A DNA stretch of 64,000 nt from Ignavibacteriales bacterium (GCA_026390815.1 JAPLFH010000005.1:62366-126365); one strand, 5' to 3'; numbered from the stretch's first letter, positions 18,098 through 28,918 are shown. Notes: a model not told the origin generated them from the sequence alone. Numbers and translations: made by a program.

Positions 18098-19960
18098 TTA
18101 TTTTGTTAAAACAATTTTCATTGTTTCAGTATAATTGTTTTGACTAATGCTGCACAAGTAAATTCCGCTTGCAAGTCCATCCGAATTAAAATCTAAATAA
18201 TTCAATCCAGTTTTACCAATTTTATTAATAGTAAATATTTTTTCTCCAACTATATTAAAAATTTGCAGAGTATAAAGATTGCTGGAATTTAAATTAAACG
18301 AAATCCTTGTTTGGTTATTAAAAGGATTTGGAAAATTTTTAAGATTAAAATTATGGTTTATTTTTTCGGCTGGACTTTTTTTTTCCTCAATGCCGGTTGA
18401 AGCGTCAGGTGATAGTTTTCTGTTAAGTGATATTAAAATTCCATCAGCACTTAAACTTTTACCATACTCCAAGCCATTGTTTGTTAAGCGAACAGTAAGA
18501 TTTTTACCTTTTGCCAAATAAAAATCACCAAGTTTATACCAACGCCGGTTATTAACATTTGTCTGATCAACATAAATAATTTTTTCGTTTCTATTCGAAT
18601 CAAAAACTGTATACTCAGCATTAGATGAACGGTTGACCGCCTGAACAACGAAAACATAGATTTCATAATTTCCTTCCACAGGTACATCACAATAGTAATT
18701 AATTGAGGAAGGATCAGATGAAAATGAATAAATAGAAGGACCATTTAATCCGGATAAAGAGCTTTGTGTCCAGCTTCCAGTTCTTTTAGCATTAATTGTA
18801 TCACTAACAGGAATTATCTGATAATATTCACGCCAGTCCTTAGCTTTAAATGGTAGATACACTTTGGAAGAATAAGCACCATTCTTTAACCAGGTAAAAA
18901 GATTATTGTTTTTTAAATCAGAATAATACCAAATTGAATTCCCAAGGAAACCTTTCGATTTTGTAAGATCAAAAAATTGTTGGATAGTTTCCTTAGAAAG
19001 AACATTTCCATTTGGAGCAACTGCAATTGCCGGAAAGATTCTTGATTTATCATTTATTTTAGTCGAAACATAATCCAGAATATTTCCTAACGATTGAGGA
19101 GAAGTTACATATGATTGAACCTGAACATTATCTACAGCTAAGTTATTAACCCACCAAAACCAATCCTGGCAAAAAGAATAATAAGAAGTGTATTCAGTCC
19201 CATATAAACTTGGGGCATTAGAAACATTAACATGGCGGTTAACCGCTTTGATGCTGTCATAACATGCTTTCATAAATAAATTCAATTTATCAGCCCGCCA
19301 TTTTAACCAGGTTGGATCCGAAGAGTTGTTAGGAGGTGACGAACTGTTATGTTCAATTTTATAAAGACTATCAGTGTAGGAATCGTATCCATAATCTACC
19401 GAAGCATATCGAATTCTGTCCAACTCAATTCCATCTATATCATACTTATCTCCAACTTCTTTAGCAAGTGAAATTAGAAATTGTTGCACTTGCGGATGAG
19501 TGTGAATCATCCAGTAAAAATTGCTATTATCTTTTTCACTGCCATCTAATTTTTTTGCAACCCAATCCGGATGGATTTTAAAGATTGGTCCTTTTTCACC
19601 ATTAGGTATATTGCCGGTCCACCCACCAACAAAACCATATTCAAACCAAGCCTCTACGTGCATACCACGTTTATGTCCCTCAGCAATAGCCTCAGCTAAA
19701 ATATCTCTGCCATTATAGGTTGGGTCAATTTTGGAACCAGTTTCAGAATAGAAAATATCACTTTGCCATAATGGATAACCGCGGCTCCACGCATTAACGT
19801 AAATGACATTAAAATTTGCGGCTGCTAAGCTATCAATTGCCTGGGCAAGATTTTCTTTGGAAAAAAATACATCCCTTGCAATCCAGGTAGCTCGTAATTC
19901 CTGTGGAAGTGTTTTAGTATAACTAATAAGAATTATTAAAATGACAAACAGTTTCTTCAT
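18098..19960 (-). CDS. Glycoside-hydrolase-like family 10 (GHL10/YngK-type TIM barrel) protein with a T9SS C-terminal sorting domain
   Basis: Signal peptide, then RATWIA..NVIYVNAW..GMHVEAWFEYGF..DGIELDRIRY typical of GHL10. The C-terminus is NFPNPFNNQTRISF..IVLTK. Confidence 0.7.
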   Translation of the reverse strand: MKKLFVILIILISYTKTLPQELRATWIARDVFFSKENLAQAIDSLAAANFNVIYVNAWSRGYPLWQSDIFYSETGSKIDPTYNGRDILAEAIAEGHKRGMHVEAWFEYGFVGGWTGNIPNGEKGPIFKIHPDWVAKKLDGSEKDNSNFYWMIHTHPQVQQFLISLAKEVGDKYDIDGIELDRIRYASVDYGYDSYTDSLYKIEHNSSSPPNNSSDPTWLKWRADKLNLFMKACYDSIKAVNRHVNVSNAPSLYGTEYTSYYSFCQDWFWWVNNLAVDNVQVQSYVTSPQSLGNILDYVSTKINDKSRIFPAIAVAPNGNVLSKETIQQFFDLTKSKGFLGNSIWYYSDLKNNNLFTWLKNGAYSSKVYLPFKAKDWREYYQIIPVSDTINAKRTGSWTQSSLSGLNGPSIYSFSSDPSSINYYCDVPVEGNYEIYVFVVQAVNRSSNAEYTVFDSNRNEKIIYVDQTNVNNRRWYKLGDFYLAKGKNLTVRLTNNGLEYGKSLSADGILISLNRKLSPDASTGIEEKKSPAEKINHNFNLKNFPNPFNNQTRISFNLNSSNLYTLQIFNIVGEKIFTINKIGKTGLNYLDFNSDGLASGIYLCSISQNNYTETMKIVLTK

Positions 19961-19967
19961 TCTTTAC

Positions 19968-22148
19968 TTATAAAATCTTAAGCTTTGCAAATTTTACCAA
20001 TAATTGTTTATTCCCAACATCTTCAAAATTAACATTAACACGCTGCATATCTCCAACACCAGTTACTGCAACTACTTTTCCATATCCGAAAGTATCGTGC
20101 TGAACTTTACTACCAACTCTAATAGATTTGTGTTCCTGGTTGAAGTCATAATCTTCATCCTGGTACATTTCATCTACTGCCATACCTTTTTTAGTTTTTC
20201 TTCCGGATTTCCTATTGCCTGCACCATTCAGTTCTATGCAAGTGGCAGGATCTATTTCATCAATAAACCGGGATTTACTTTGATATGCTACTTCACCAAA
20301 TCTGTATCTTGAACGGGCAAAAGTTATAAAAACTTTCTTTTGTGCACGTGTTAATGCAACATAGAATAAACGTCTTTCTTCTTCAATTCTTGAATCGGCA
20401 TTAAATTTTGGTGCCAGCGGAAAAATATCTTCTTCCATTCCGGATATATATATTATAGGAAACTCTAATCCTTTGGAAGCATGAACCGTCATTAATGTTA
20501 CACAATTTTTTTCATCTTCCATTTGATCAACGCTGGAAATTAAAGATACATCGGCAAGATATTCTTCAATACCAGAGCCAGGATAACTTTTTGAAAATTC
20601 GTTGACTGCATTTAAAAGTTCCTGAACATTTTCATAACGCTGCATTGATTCTTGAGAATTTTCTTCTTTGTAAATTCTTAATATTCCAAGTTCATCAATC
20701 AATGCACTGGTTAATTCAGCCAAAGACAATTTACTTTTCAGGTCGATGTATTTATCCAATAACATTTTAAATGATTTAACATTTTTCTGAATTCTTTCTT
20801 TCACTTCAATAACTTCAAAAATTCTGGTCATAGTATCAAATAGAGTTAAATTCAGTTTTCTTGCGAATGCTATCATACGGGTAATTGAAGTATTACCAAT
20901 TCCGCGTTGAGGAAAATTCATTATTCTTAATAAGCTTTCTTCATCATTTTGATTGCAGAGAATTCGCAGATAAGCAACAATATCTTTAACTTCTTTTCGC
21001 TTATAAAATTCAACTCCGCCAATAATTTGATAAGGAATTCTTTCTCTTCGGAAGGATTCTTCTAGCGCACGGGATTGTGCATTTATACGGTAGAGGATAG
21101 CAAAATCCTTATACTGTAATTTCTTTTTAAATATTTCCTCTTTAATCAACTTAGTAATCTGATGACCTTCATCTTTTTCATCAGAACACCGGGCTAAAGT
21201 TACCTGCTCTCCATCATTGTTATTGGTCCAGAGCGTTTTAACTATTTGATCTTTATTATTTTTAATAATGGAATCAGCAGCAGCCAAAATAAATTTAGTT
21301 GATCTATAATTTTGTTCTAACCGGAATATTTTTGCTTTAAGAAAATCCTTTTCAAAATCTAGCATATTACGAATATCTGCACCGCGCCAGCCATAAATAC
21401 TTTGTGCATCATCCCCAACCACGCAAATATTTCTTTTTGAATTAACAAGTAATTTCAGCAATTCGTATTGCGCACGGTTTGTATCCTGGTATTCATCAAC
21501 TAAAATGTATGCAAACTTCTTTTTATATTTTTGAAGAATCTTATCATTAGAGTTAAACAACTCAATTGGTTTAAGGAGAAGATCATCAAAATCCATTGAG
21601 TTATTTTCAAAAAGTCGTTTATTATATTCAATAAAAATATCAGCAATTATTTTTTCATTTGGAGTTGAAGCAATATTATCTTTAAACTCTGCAGGAAAAA
21701 TCATGTGATTTTTAAGATTGCTTATCTTATGCTGGATGAAGTTAGCAGATAAATTTTCAGCATTAATATTCAATTCCTGAATAATTGAACTAACAAGAGA
21801 AGAGGAATCTTCAGTATCGTAAATGGAAAAATTACTTTTATAATTAATTTTATCGGCTTCAATTCTTAAAATTTTAGCAAAGATGGAATGGAATGTTCCC
21901 ATCCAAAGTCGGTTTGCGCTTGATCCAATTAACTCTTTAATCCGCTGCTTCATCTCGTTTGCAGCTTTATTAGTAAAAGTTAATGCAAGAATTGAGTCAG
22001 CCTCAAAACCTTTTTCAATTAGATAGGCAATCTTAAAAGTAAGGACTCTTGTTTTGCCGGATCCTGCACCAGCAACAATCATAGAAGGTCCTTCAAGATG
22101 CTCAACTGCCAGCTTTTGTTCAGGATTAAGTGATTTTAGAATATTCAT
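19968..22148 (-). CDS. uvrD: ATP-dependent DNA helicase, UvrD/PcrA/Rep family
   Basis: LNPEQKLAV, GAGSGKT (Walker A), VDEYQDTN, TVHASKGLEF and VALTRA. The ATG giving MNILKSLNPEQ is preferred over the track's upstream TTG because a TATATTTG -7-like box lies at 22176-22183. Confidence 0.9.
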   Translation of the reverse strand: MNILKSLNPEQKLAVEHLEGPSMIVAGAGSGKTRVLTFKIAYLIEKGFEADSILALTFTNKAANEMKQRIKELIGSSANRLWMGTFHSIFAKILRIEADKINYKSNFSIYDTEDSSSLVSSIIQELNINAENLSANFIQHKISNLKNHMIFPAEFKDNIASTPNEKIIADIFIEYNKRLFENNSMDFDDLLLKPIELFNSNDKILQKYKKKFAYILVDEYQDTNRAQYELLKLLVNSKRNICVVGDDAQSIYGWRGADIRNMLDFEKDFLKAKIFRLEQNYRSTKFILAAADSIIKNNKDQIVKTLWTNNNDGEQVTLARCSDEKDEGHQITKLIKEEIFKKKLQYKDFAILYRINAQSRALEESFRRERIPYQIIGGVEFYKRKEVKDIVAYLRILCNQNDEESLLRIMNFPQRGIGNTSITRMIAFARKLNLTLFDTMTRIFEVIEVKERIQKNVKSFKMLLDKYIDLKSKLSLAELTSALIDELGILRIYKEENSQESMQRYENVQELLNAVNEFSKSYPGSGIEEYLADVSLISSVDQMEDEKNCVTLMTVHASKGLEFPIIYISGMEEDIFPLAPKFNADSRIEEERRLFYVALTRAQKKVFITFARSRYRFGEVAYQSKSRFIDEIDPATCIELNGAGNRKSGRKTKKGMAVDEMYQDEDYDFNQEHKSIRVGSKVQHDTFGYGKVVAVTGVGDMQRVNVNFEDVGNKQLLVKFAKLKIL

Positions 22149-22419
22149 AGATGTGGAACTACATTTTTTAGTGTGCAAATATACAAAAATGAGCCTGTAA
22201 ATTCAATTAAGCGAAGTACTAAAGATTTTGTCTTGAAAATAAATGTGGGAAAAACACCTTTTTAGTAATATTTCAACAATAACTTTTATTTTTCAGTATC
22301 ATTTTTTAAATGAAGATGACAATAGATTTTAAAAATTTCTGATTTGAGGTAATCAATTTTGAATTTAACAACGCCAGTTTAGAGTTTATTATTTTAATTA
22401 TATGGCAAATTGTTGAAAA

Positions 22420-23202
22420 TTAATAGAGTGGAATTCCAAGATTTATTTGGGCAGAAAGAAAAAGCCCACCTCCACTAATAAAATTTTCCCCGGATACATA
22501 AGAATTATTCGGTCCTAAAAAACTATTTTCTTTATTGTCATACATCTCTTTGATTATAAAGTTTGTATAACCAGCGGTGGTTTCCAGGCTAAGGTAATCA
22601 CCTGAAATTTTATAAATAAATCCACAACCAATTGAAAAGCCGGTAGCTGACTTTCCATTTTTGTATTGCGTTTCAATATTTTTAGAAGACGAGGATGGTT
22701 GGCTTACATCCAAATCTGCACTGTGAAAAGTTACTTGAGCATCAACAATTTTAAGATCAAAAGAATTGGATAAGGAAACTCCTAAATCAACTCCAACACC
22801 CCAATAATTTAAATTCATAGAAAACTTATTCGATGTAATTAAAGCATCAACTTTATTAGAACTCTCATGTTCCTCTTTTAAGTATTGATAATAACCTTTT
22901 ACCGAAACTAAAAGGTTTTTATAATTGAACCGGAAAATATTTGCACCTATTCTAAATCCAGAAGCGGCTTTGAATTTTTCTAACTGAGTTCCAGTGGAAG
23001 GATAATTTCCATTATTATTCATAAAATCGATAAAAGAATTTAATCCACCCGCATCGTACTTTTGGTAAGAATATCCGCCATAAAAGCCGCTAAGACCAAA
23101 ACATCCAAATCCGCAGGTTTGTGCTTCTGTGTTTTTGGGAATGGAAATAATTAAAGAGATTGCCAGCATCAGCAAGGAACAATATATTTTATTTAGTTTC
23201 AT
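22420..23202 (-). CDS. Outer-membrane beta-barrel protein (function unknown)
   Basis: Signal peptide, alternating amphipathic beta-strand pattern rich in G/Y/S, and an aromatic C-terminal residue (..GIPLY). Confidence 0.55.
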   Translation of the reverse strand: MKLNKIYCSLLMLAISLIISIPKNTEAQTCGFGCFGLSGFYGGYSYQKYDAGGLNSFIDFMNNNGNYPSTGTQLEKFKAASGFRIGANIFRFNYKNLLVSVKGYYQYLKEEHESSNKVDALITSNKFSMNLNYWGVGVDLGVSLSNSFDLKIVDAQVTFHSADLDVSQPSSSSKNIETQYKNGKSATGFSIGCGFIYKISGDYLSLETTAGYTNFIIKEMYDNKENSFLGPNNSYVSGENFISGGGLFLSAQINLGIPLY

Positions 23203-23235
23203 ACAATCTCATTTAATTTTATTTCTGAACGATTG

Positions 23236-23310
23236 AACCTTCGAGGTTCTAAAAACCTCGAAGGTTATCCAAACTTTTGAACTTTCGAGGATCCGATAAC
23301 CTCGAAGGTT
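23236..23310. repeat. Two adjacent inverted-repeat hairpins built from the 13-mer AACCTTCGAGGTT / AACCTCGAAGGTT
   Basis: 23236-23248 and 23254-23266 are perfect inverted repeats. 23280-23290 and 23298-23310 pair with one mismatch. The site lies directly downstream of the MFS gene stop. A related palindrome AAACCTTCAAGGTTT is at 59401-59415. Confidence 0.7.
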
Positions 23311-23316
23311 TTCATT

Positions 23317-24669
23317 TTACTTTGTCCCTTTCTCCAAATCGTGTCCGCCAATACCAAGCTCACTTTTCCTTAGCAAATATGCAAACAATAATCCGAAAAA
23401 ACCAAGTGAAGAAAAAATCCACATTCCTAAGGTATAACCACCTGGATTTGCTGCACTTGCTTTACCAAAATCGTTGGCAAATCCAATTATCAAATTAAAA
23501 GCGAATAGCCCAATATTTTGAATCATAGTCATTAAACCGTAGGCAGTTCCAAGTTTTTCTTGCCTTACAATCAATGCAACTGAGGGCCACATAACCGCAG
23601 GAATTAAAGAGAAAGCTATTCCCATGATTGACATAGGAATAATTAAATACATTGGAATGCTTGAATGAATATCAAAGAAATCAAGATTGATATTTAACGA
23701 ACCGCTGAACCCAAGCGGAGTTGCAATATCAATTTTGTAAGCCATCATTAAATAAACCGGAATAATTAACAATGATCCAATCATCATTAAGAGAGATCGT
23801 TTTCCAATTCTATCTGATAGCAGCCCAAAAAGAGGTGTAAAAAACATCGCTGCAAGTGTTAGCATACTGGAAAGATTTCCGCCAACCTCTCTTGTTGTTC
23901 CGTGTGCTTCCTGGAAAAATTTAACAGCAAAAGTCTGGAATGGAAACATAGCAGAGTAAAAAGTAACACATAGTGCAGTGATGAACCAAAAAGATTTTCC
24001 GAAATTGAACAGCTCTTTTAAAACAACCTTATCCTGTGCGCCTTCTTTAGGCAGATCATATTTTTTGCTTGCATAGGCATCAAAGAAATAATAAACACCG
24101 ATGCAAACCAAAGCAAAAACACCAGACGCTACAGTAATTAATAATGGTGTTTGCCAGTAATTATAGTAATCTTTTCCCCACGATGGAGCGTTTAATGCTA
24201 TGAAGGAACCAAGGCGTGCGACAGTTAAATTAAGTCCGAATGCAAATGATAATTCTTTTCCTTTAAACCACCTCGCAATAATTGTTGTTATAGCAACTAT
24301 CATCGATTCAGCACCCAAACCAAAAATCAATCTGCCAGCGGACATGGTATAAATGTTTCCCCAAATAGCAGTTAGTGCCGAACCGAGCATAACCAGGAAA
24401 GTGAAAATGAATACTGATTTTCTTGTTCCAATTTTATCAATGATTATTCCACCCACTAAAACCATTATTATATTTGGAAAACTATAAATGGCATTCAATA
24501 ATCCAATGTTTGAATCTGAATAACCAAGCTGCTGTTTAAGCACATCTGCCAGCGGACTTATGCTATCATAGATATAATAATTACCAAACATTGCCAGACT
24601 GATGAATAGCAGTATTGTCCATCGCATTAAAGTAGATGGCGGGGATTTTAGAGTATGAGTATTTTCCAT
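23317..24669 (-). CDS. MFS transporter
   Basis: 450 aa with ~12 predicted TM helices in a 6+6 arrangement and a central loop, plus an MFS-like D-R-x-G-R-(K/R) motif (LSDRIGKRS). Confidence 0.8.
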   Translation of the reverse strand: MENTHTLKSPPSTLMRWTILLFISLAMFGNYYIYDSISPLADVLKQQLGYSDSNIGLLNAIYSFPNIIMVLVGGIIIDKIGTRKSVFIFTFLVMLGSALTAIWGNIYTMSAGRLIFGLGAESMIVAITTIIARWFKGKELSFAFGLNLTVARLGSFIALNAPSWGKDYYNYWQTPLLITVASGVFALVCIGVYYFFDAYASKKYDLPKEGAQDKVVLKELFNFGKSFWFITALCVTFYSAMFPFQTFAVKFFQEAHGTTREVGGNLSSMLTLAAMFFTPLFGLLSDRIGKRSLLMMIGSLLIIPVYLMMAYKIDIATPLGFSGSLNINLDFFDIHSSIPMYLIIPMSIMGIAFSLIPAVMWPSVALIVRQEKLGTAYGLMTMIQNIGLFAFNLIIGFANDFGKASAANPGGYTLGMWIFSSLGFFGLLFAYLLRKSELGIGGHDLEKGTK

Positions 24670-24773
24670 TCTAAGTTTATTACTTAATTGTTATTTGGAA
24701 TGAATTATAATTGTCTTAGTGCTTCTCTCAAAATATTTTTCAATTTAAAGGAAACACTAAGACATGAATAAAA

Positions 24774-26234
24774 TTAATTTGCAGGAATGTTTTTAAGAAC
24801 ATTAACAAGCAATTCATAAAATGGTTGTACAGTATCAATCTTCAATTTTTCATCTGGTGAATGTACGCCAAACATTGTGGGTCCAAAAGAGATCATATCC
24901 ATATCGGGATATTTTTCACTTATGATTCCACATTCCAATCCAGCATGAATTGCCTTTACTTCAGGTTCCTTTTTATACATATCTTCATAAACAGTTTTAA
25001 ATACTTTTAGAATTGCGGAATGAACATTAGGTTTCCAGCCAGGATAACCATCACCCTCAACAACATCTGCTTCTGCCAGATGGAATACAGTGGAAACCAT
25101 ATTAACAATGTCCTGATTTTCTGATGCGACAGAACTTCTTTGGCTTGTTACAATATTAACATTTTTTCCATCTGTAGAAATTGTAGCAAGGTTAGTAGAT
25201 GTTTCAACAAGTTCTGGAATATCTGGTGACATAGTAATTACACCATGCGGTAATGCATACAACGTATTTAACAATTTAATCTGCGTTTTTCCATTGATTA
25301 CAGTTTTTGGTTTTTTAACTTTTTCCGCAATTACATTTAAGTTCGGTTCGTTTGTAAGCAGTTCTTCTTTTATTATTTTATTAAAGTTTTCAACATATTT
25401 CAGAAAATCTTTTCCAGCTTTTTTAGGAACCAATACAATTGCAAATGCTTCACGCGGAATTGCATTATGTTTATTTCCGCCTTCAATTTTGGATAGTTTA
25501 ATTTTGAATTCTCGGGTTGCGTTCCATAAAAGTCTTGTTAATATTTTTATTGCATTTCCCCTGCCAGTATGAATTTCTAAACCAGAATGCCCGCCTTGTA
25601 ATCCAGCAACTTTAATTTCATACGCGAGATAATTTTCCTGAACTGCCTGCGGTTTGAATGTAAATTTTGCCATCGTAGTTTTTCCACCGGAACAACCGAT
25701 GAAAAAAGTACCTAATTCTTCTGAATCAAGATTTAAAAGAATAGTAGCCTTTAATGCATCAGTATCAAGATTAGTTGCACCAGTTAATCCAGTTTCTTCA
25801 TCTAAAGTGAAAAGACATTCAATTGGACCATGCTCAAATGAATTATCTTCCAGCACGGCTAATGCAGAAGCTACACCAATGCCATTATCTGCACCAAGTG
25901 TTGTACCTTTCGCTTTAACCCACTCGCCGTCTATGTAAGGAATAATCGGATCGTTATCAAAATCGTGTTCAACATCTCTGTTCTTTTCACATACCATATC
26001 AATATGTCCCTGAAGAACAACTGTTTTCAAATTTTCTTTACCTGGTGTTGCTGGTTTACGTATGATAATATTCCCGAAACTGTCTTTGAAAGTTTCGAGG
26101 TTTAACTTTTTACCGACTGAAAAAATATACGCAGCAATTTTCTCTTCCTTTTTGGATGGACGAGGATAACTGCAAATCTCTTCAAAGTATTTCCAAACCA
26201 ATTCTGGTTTAAGATTTCCTAAAACCTTTTCCAT
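24774..26234 (-). CDS. pepD: Aminoacyl-histidine (Xaa-His) dipeptidase, M20 family
   Basis: 486 aa. YPRPSKKEEKIA, LQGHIDMV, TLGADNGIG and FTLDEETGLTGA are PepD-type M20 motifs. Confidence 0.88.
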   Translation of the reverse strand: MEKVLGNLKPELVWKYFEEICSYPRPSKKEEKIAAYIFSVGKKLNLETFKDSFGNIIIRKPATPGKENLKTVVLQGHIDMVCEKNRDVEHDFDNDPIIPYIDGEWVKAKGTTLGADNGIGVASALAVLEDNSFEHGPIECLFTLDEETGLTGATNLDTDALKATILLNLDSEELGTFFIGCSGGKTTMAKFTFKPQAVQENYLAYEIKVAGLQGGHSGLEIHTGRGNAIKILTRLLWNATREFKIKLSKIEGGNKHNAIPREAFAIVLVPKKAGKDFLKYVENFNKIIKEELLTNEPNLNVIAEKVKKPKTVINGKTQIKLLNTLYALPHGVITMSPDIPELVETSTNLATISTDGKNVNIVTSQRSSVASENQDIVNMVSTVFHLAEADVVEGDGYPGWKPNVHSAILKVFKTVYEDMYKKEPEVKAIHAGLECGIISEKYPDMDMISFGPTMFGVHSPDEKLKIDTVQPFYELLVNVLKNIPAN

Positions 26235-26235
26235 T

Positions 26236-26616
26236 TTAATCTCCTTTTTTTTTAAGTTCGTTAAACGAAATAAATCTAGATGTATACAATTGTGTTAAAA
26301 ATTTTGTAAGTCTTTCATTTACTGGATTGATTTTTTCTCCAAATTTTTTTTTAAGTTCTTCGCCAATGGAAGCAACATTTTTCTCACCATCAATTTGCAG
26401 CCAAGTTTCGGATCCAAACTCATCCAGATTAATTTTAATAAACGAAGATTTCATTTTAGGAACAAGATATTTAACTACAAACTTATTAGTAAACTTTGGA
26501 AGTAATACTTTAACCGTACCATTTTCAGCAATTTCTTCTTTATATCGTTTGAAAGGTGTAAGATCTAAATAGTTAGCCTTTTCTAATTTTTTATTTCGCA
26601 ATTTATTAAGAGCCAT
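26236..26616 (-). CDS. PqqD-family (RRE-like) protein
   Basis: LDEFGSETWLQIDGEKNVASIGEELKKKFGE..ERLTKFLTQLYTSRFISF follows the PqqD pattern (LxxxgxxiwxxidgxxtvxeIxxxLxxxy..). It is 1 nt from the pepD start. Confidence 0.5.
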   Translation of the reverse strand: MALNKLRNKKLEKANYLDLTPFKRYKEEIAENGTVKVLLPKFTNKFVVKYLVPKMKSSFIKINLDEFGSETWLQIDGEKNVASIGEELKKKFGEKINPVNERLTKFLTQLYTSRFISFNELKKKGD

Positions 26617-26734
26617 TTCTACCTATAAATTATTCTAACAAGTTTAATAGAAAAACATTTATTAAAAGCAAATCGGAGAAAAAGTAATTTACTCCTTCTC
26701 CGATCTAAACAATTTCTACCACTACAATCCAGAA

Positions 26735-28813
26735 TTACATAACTGCTGTTGGTGGAGCAGGTTCATCTGGTTTGCCAGCATTTCTTAAAGGAATATAAAT
26801 CAATACAGCGGTAATAATCAGCAATATCACAATGCTAATTTCAATTGGTGGAACTGTAAATATTCTATAAATATCAATTTCTGCAATCTTAAATGGTGCA
26901 AATGCCAAACCCGTTAATGCTTCGCCGGCAATAAAGCCTGCAGCTAACAGCACACCAACATTTTCAACTCTGGCTCTCTGAGCATCATTGTGATTTCTTT
27001 TCTTATTTAAAAGATCAACAGCACCTTTAAGTAAACCACCGATAAAAATTGCAAATGTAGTTTCCAATGGTAGATACATGCCAACACTTACAAGCATCGG
27101 ACTTTTAACCTGCATTAGAATAAATGCAAGTCCCATTAACATTCCAACAATAATGAGTGGCCAGGACATTGCGCCACCAACAATTCCTTTTGAAAGCATT
27201 GCCATCAAACCGGCTTGCGGAGCAGATAATTTTGGACCGCCAAAACCACCTTCATAACCTTCTTTTAAACCTTGTGCAATATCTGCTTGGTTTAAAAAGA
27301 CTAAAATATAAAACATAACCAATCCAGAAATTACCACTCCAATAATATCACCAATCTGCATTTTCCATGGTGTACCACCAAGAATGTGTCCGGCTTTCAA
27401 ATCTTGTAACATTTCTCCGGCAACTGCCGCGGCTACACAAACGATTGCTGCAACACCAAGTACTGCCGCTACTCCGCCATGCGAAGCATCAACACCCATA
27501 CTAACCATAATCAAGGCAGTAACTACCAGAGTAGTTAAAGTAAGTCCGCTAATTGGATTGTTGCTTGAACCCATAATTCCAACCAAATAGCCAGAGATTG
27601 CTGCAAAGAAAAATGCTAAAATAATCAATACCGTTGCCGCCACTATTGCCGGCAAAAAAGCAGTTTGAAAAATGAAATAGGTAATTAAAAATGTGGCAAC
27701 TGCAACTGCTGCAATTCCCATTACCACGTATGAAAATTTAATATCCTTTTCTGTTCTGATGGTGTTAACTTCACTTCCACTTGCAGCTTTTTTTACATCA
27801 CTTATTGATCTGCCGATACCGGTAATTAAACTTTTCCTCATCTTGAATAATGTATAACTGGCACCCATTAACATACCACCAATGGCGATTGGCTTAACAA
27901 TATATTTCCAAATGGCATACATCTGAAAAACCGGATCGCTTACTTTTGTAGTAGCAGCTTGCAAGGAAAGTGATTTATCCGTTCCCATGATATATGAAGC
28001 CCATCCATTTATAAAATCCGGAGTAATGTATGGTCCGATGAAGTACATAATTAATGGAGTTAATAATCCCCACGCAAGTAAACCACCACTAAAATTTAAA
28101 GCGCCTAATTTTGGACCGATTATATATCCAACACCCATATATGCAGGACTAATTCCCGGTGAACTTAACAACACGCCACCTTGCACTGGAATTGTTGTAC
28201 CTGTAATTGTTTGTTTAGTGAAGGTAATAAATTTTTCCCAAGTCTCTGCAAAGAATTTAAACTCGGCAAGAGCTTTAATAACAGCACCTCCAATCATTGC
28301 TCCAAAAAGGAATTGTGAACCAGTACCAGATGAACGACCAGCTTTGTGGATTTCTGCTGCAGCAACCGATTCTGGAAATGGAAGTTCTACATCTTCAACC
28401 ATAACCCTGCGTAGTAATGCAACAAACATAATTCCAAGTATACCACCCGAAATTAAAATTAATGTTGCAGTAACATAATGCCAGGGTGTAAAGAATTCTT
28501 TCCAAATCCCGGAGATATAAAATGCAGGCAATGTAAAGATTGCACCCGCAGCAACAGATTCTCCGATGGATCCAACAGTTCTTGCAAAATTCTCTTCCAG
28601 AATAGAACCTTTAACTGATTTAAGAATTGCCATTCCGATTACGGCAGCAGGATAAGTAGCCGCTATCGTCATTCCAGCTTTTAACCCCAGGTATGCATTT
28701 GCAGCGCCTAAAACTACAGCCATTACCAAACCGATAATCAAAGCTCGGATAGTAAATTCTGCCATGTTATTTTCTGGTGAAACAAATGGTACAAACTTTT
28801 TCTGCTCAGCCAT
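26735..28813 (-). CDS. OPT-family oligopeptide transporter
   Basis: 692-aa polytopic protein. Its N-terminus EFTIRALIIGLVMAVVLGAANAYLGLKAGMT and overall Gly-rich TM pattern are typical of bacterial OPT transporters. Confidence 0.82.
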   Translation of the reverse strand: MAEQKKFVPFVSPENNMAEFTIRALIIGLVMAVVLGAANAYLGLKAGMTIAATYPAAVIGMAILKSVKGSILEENFARTVGSIGESVAAGAIFTLPAFYISGIWKEFFTPWHYVTATLILISGGILGIMFVALLRRVMVEDVELPFPESVAAAEIHKAGRSSGTGSQFLFGAMIGGAVIKALAEFKFFAETWEKFITFTKQTITGTTIPVQGGVLLSSPGISPAYMGVGYIIGPKLGALNFSGGLLAWGLLTPLIMYFIGPYITPDFINGWASYIMGTDKSLSLQAATTKVSDPVFQMYAIWKYIVKPIAIGGMLMGASYTLFKMRKSLITGIGRSISDVKKAASGSEVNTIRTEKDIKFSYVVMGIAAVAVATFLITYFIFQTAFLPAIVAATVLIILAFFFAAISGYLVGIMGSSNNPISGLTLTTLVVTALIMVSMGVDASHGGVAAVLGVAAIVCVAAAVAGEMLQDLKAGHILGGTPWKMQIGDIIGVVISGLVMFYILVFLNQADIAQGLKEGYEGGFGGPKLSAPQAGLMAMLSKGIVGGAMSWPLIIVGMLMGLAFILMQVKSPMLVSVGMYLPLETTFAIFIGGLLKGAVDLLNKKRNHNDAQRARVENVGVLLAAGFIAGEALTGLAFAPFKIAEIDIYRIFTVPPIEISIVILLIITAVLIYIPLRNAGKPDEPAPPTAVM

Positions 28814-28918
28814 TTTTACTCCTACAGTAAGTGAGTTTGATTTTTATAAAAAAATTTGTCTGCAATATAAGTATGTTTTCTAAGGTGTTCAACCACTATT
28901 TTTAATAGTCTTTGGTTC

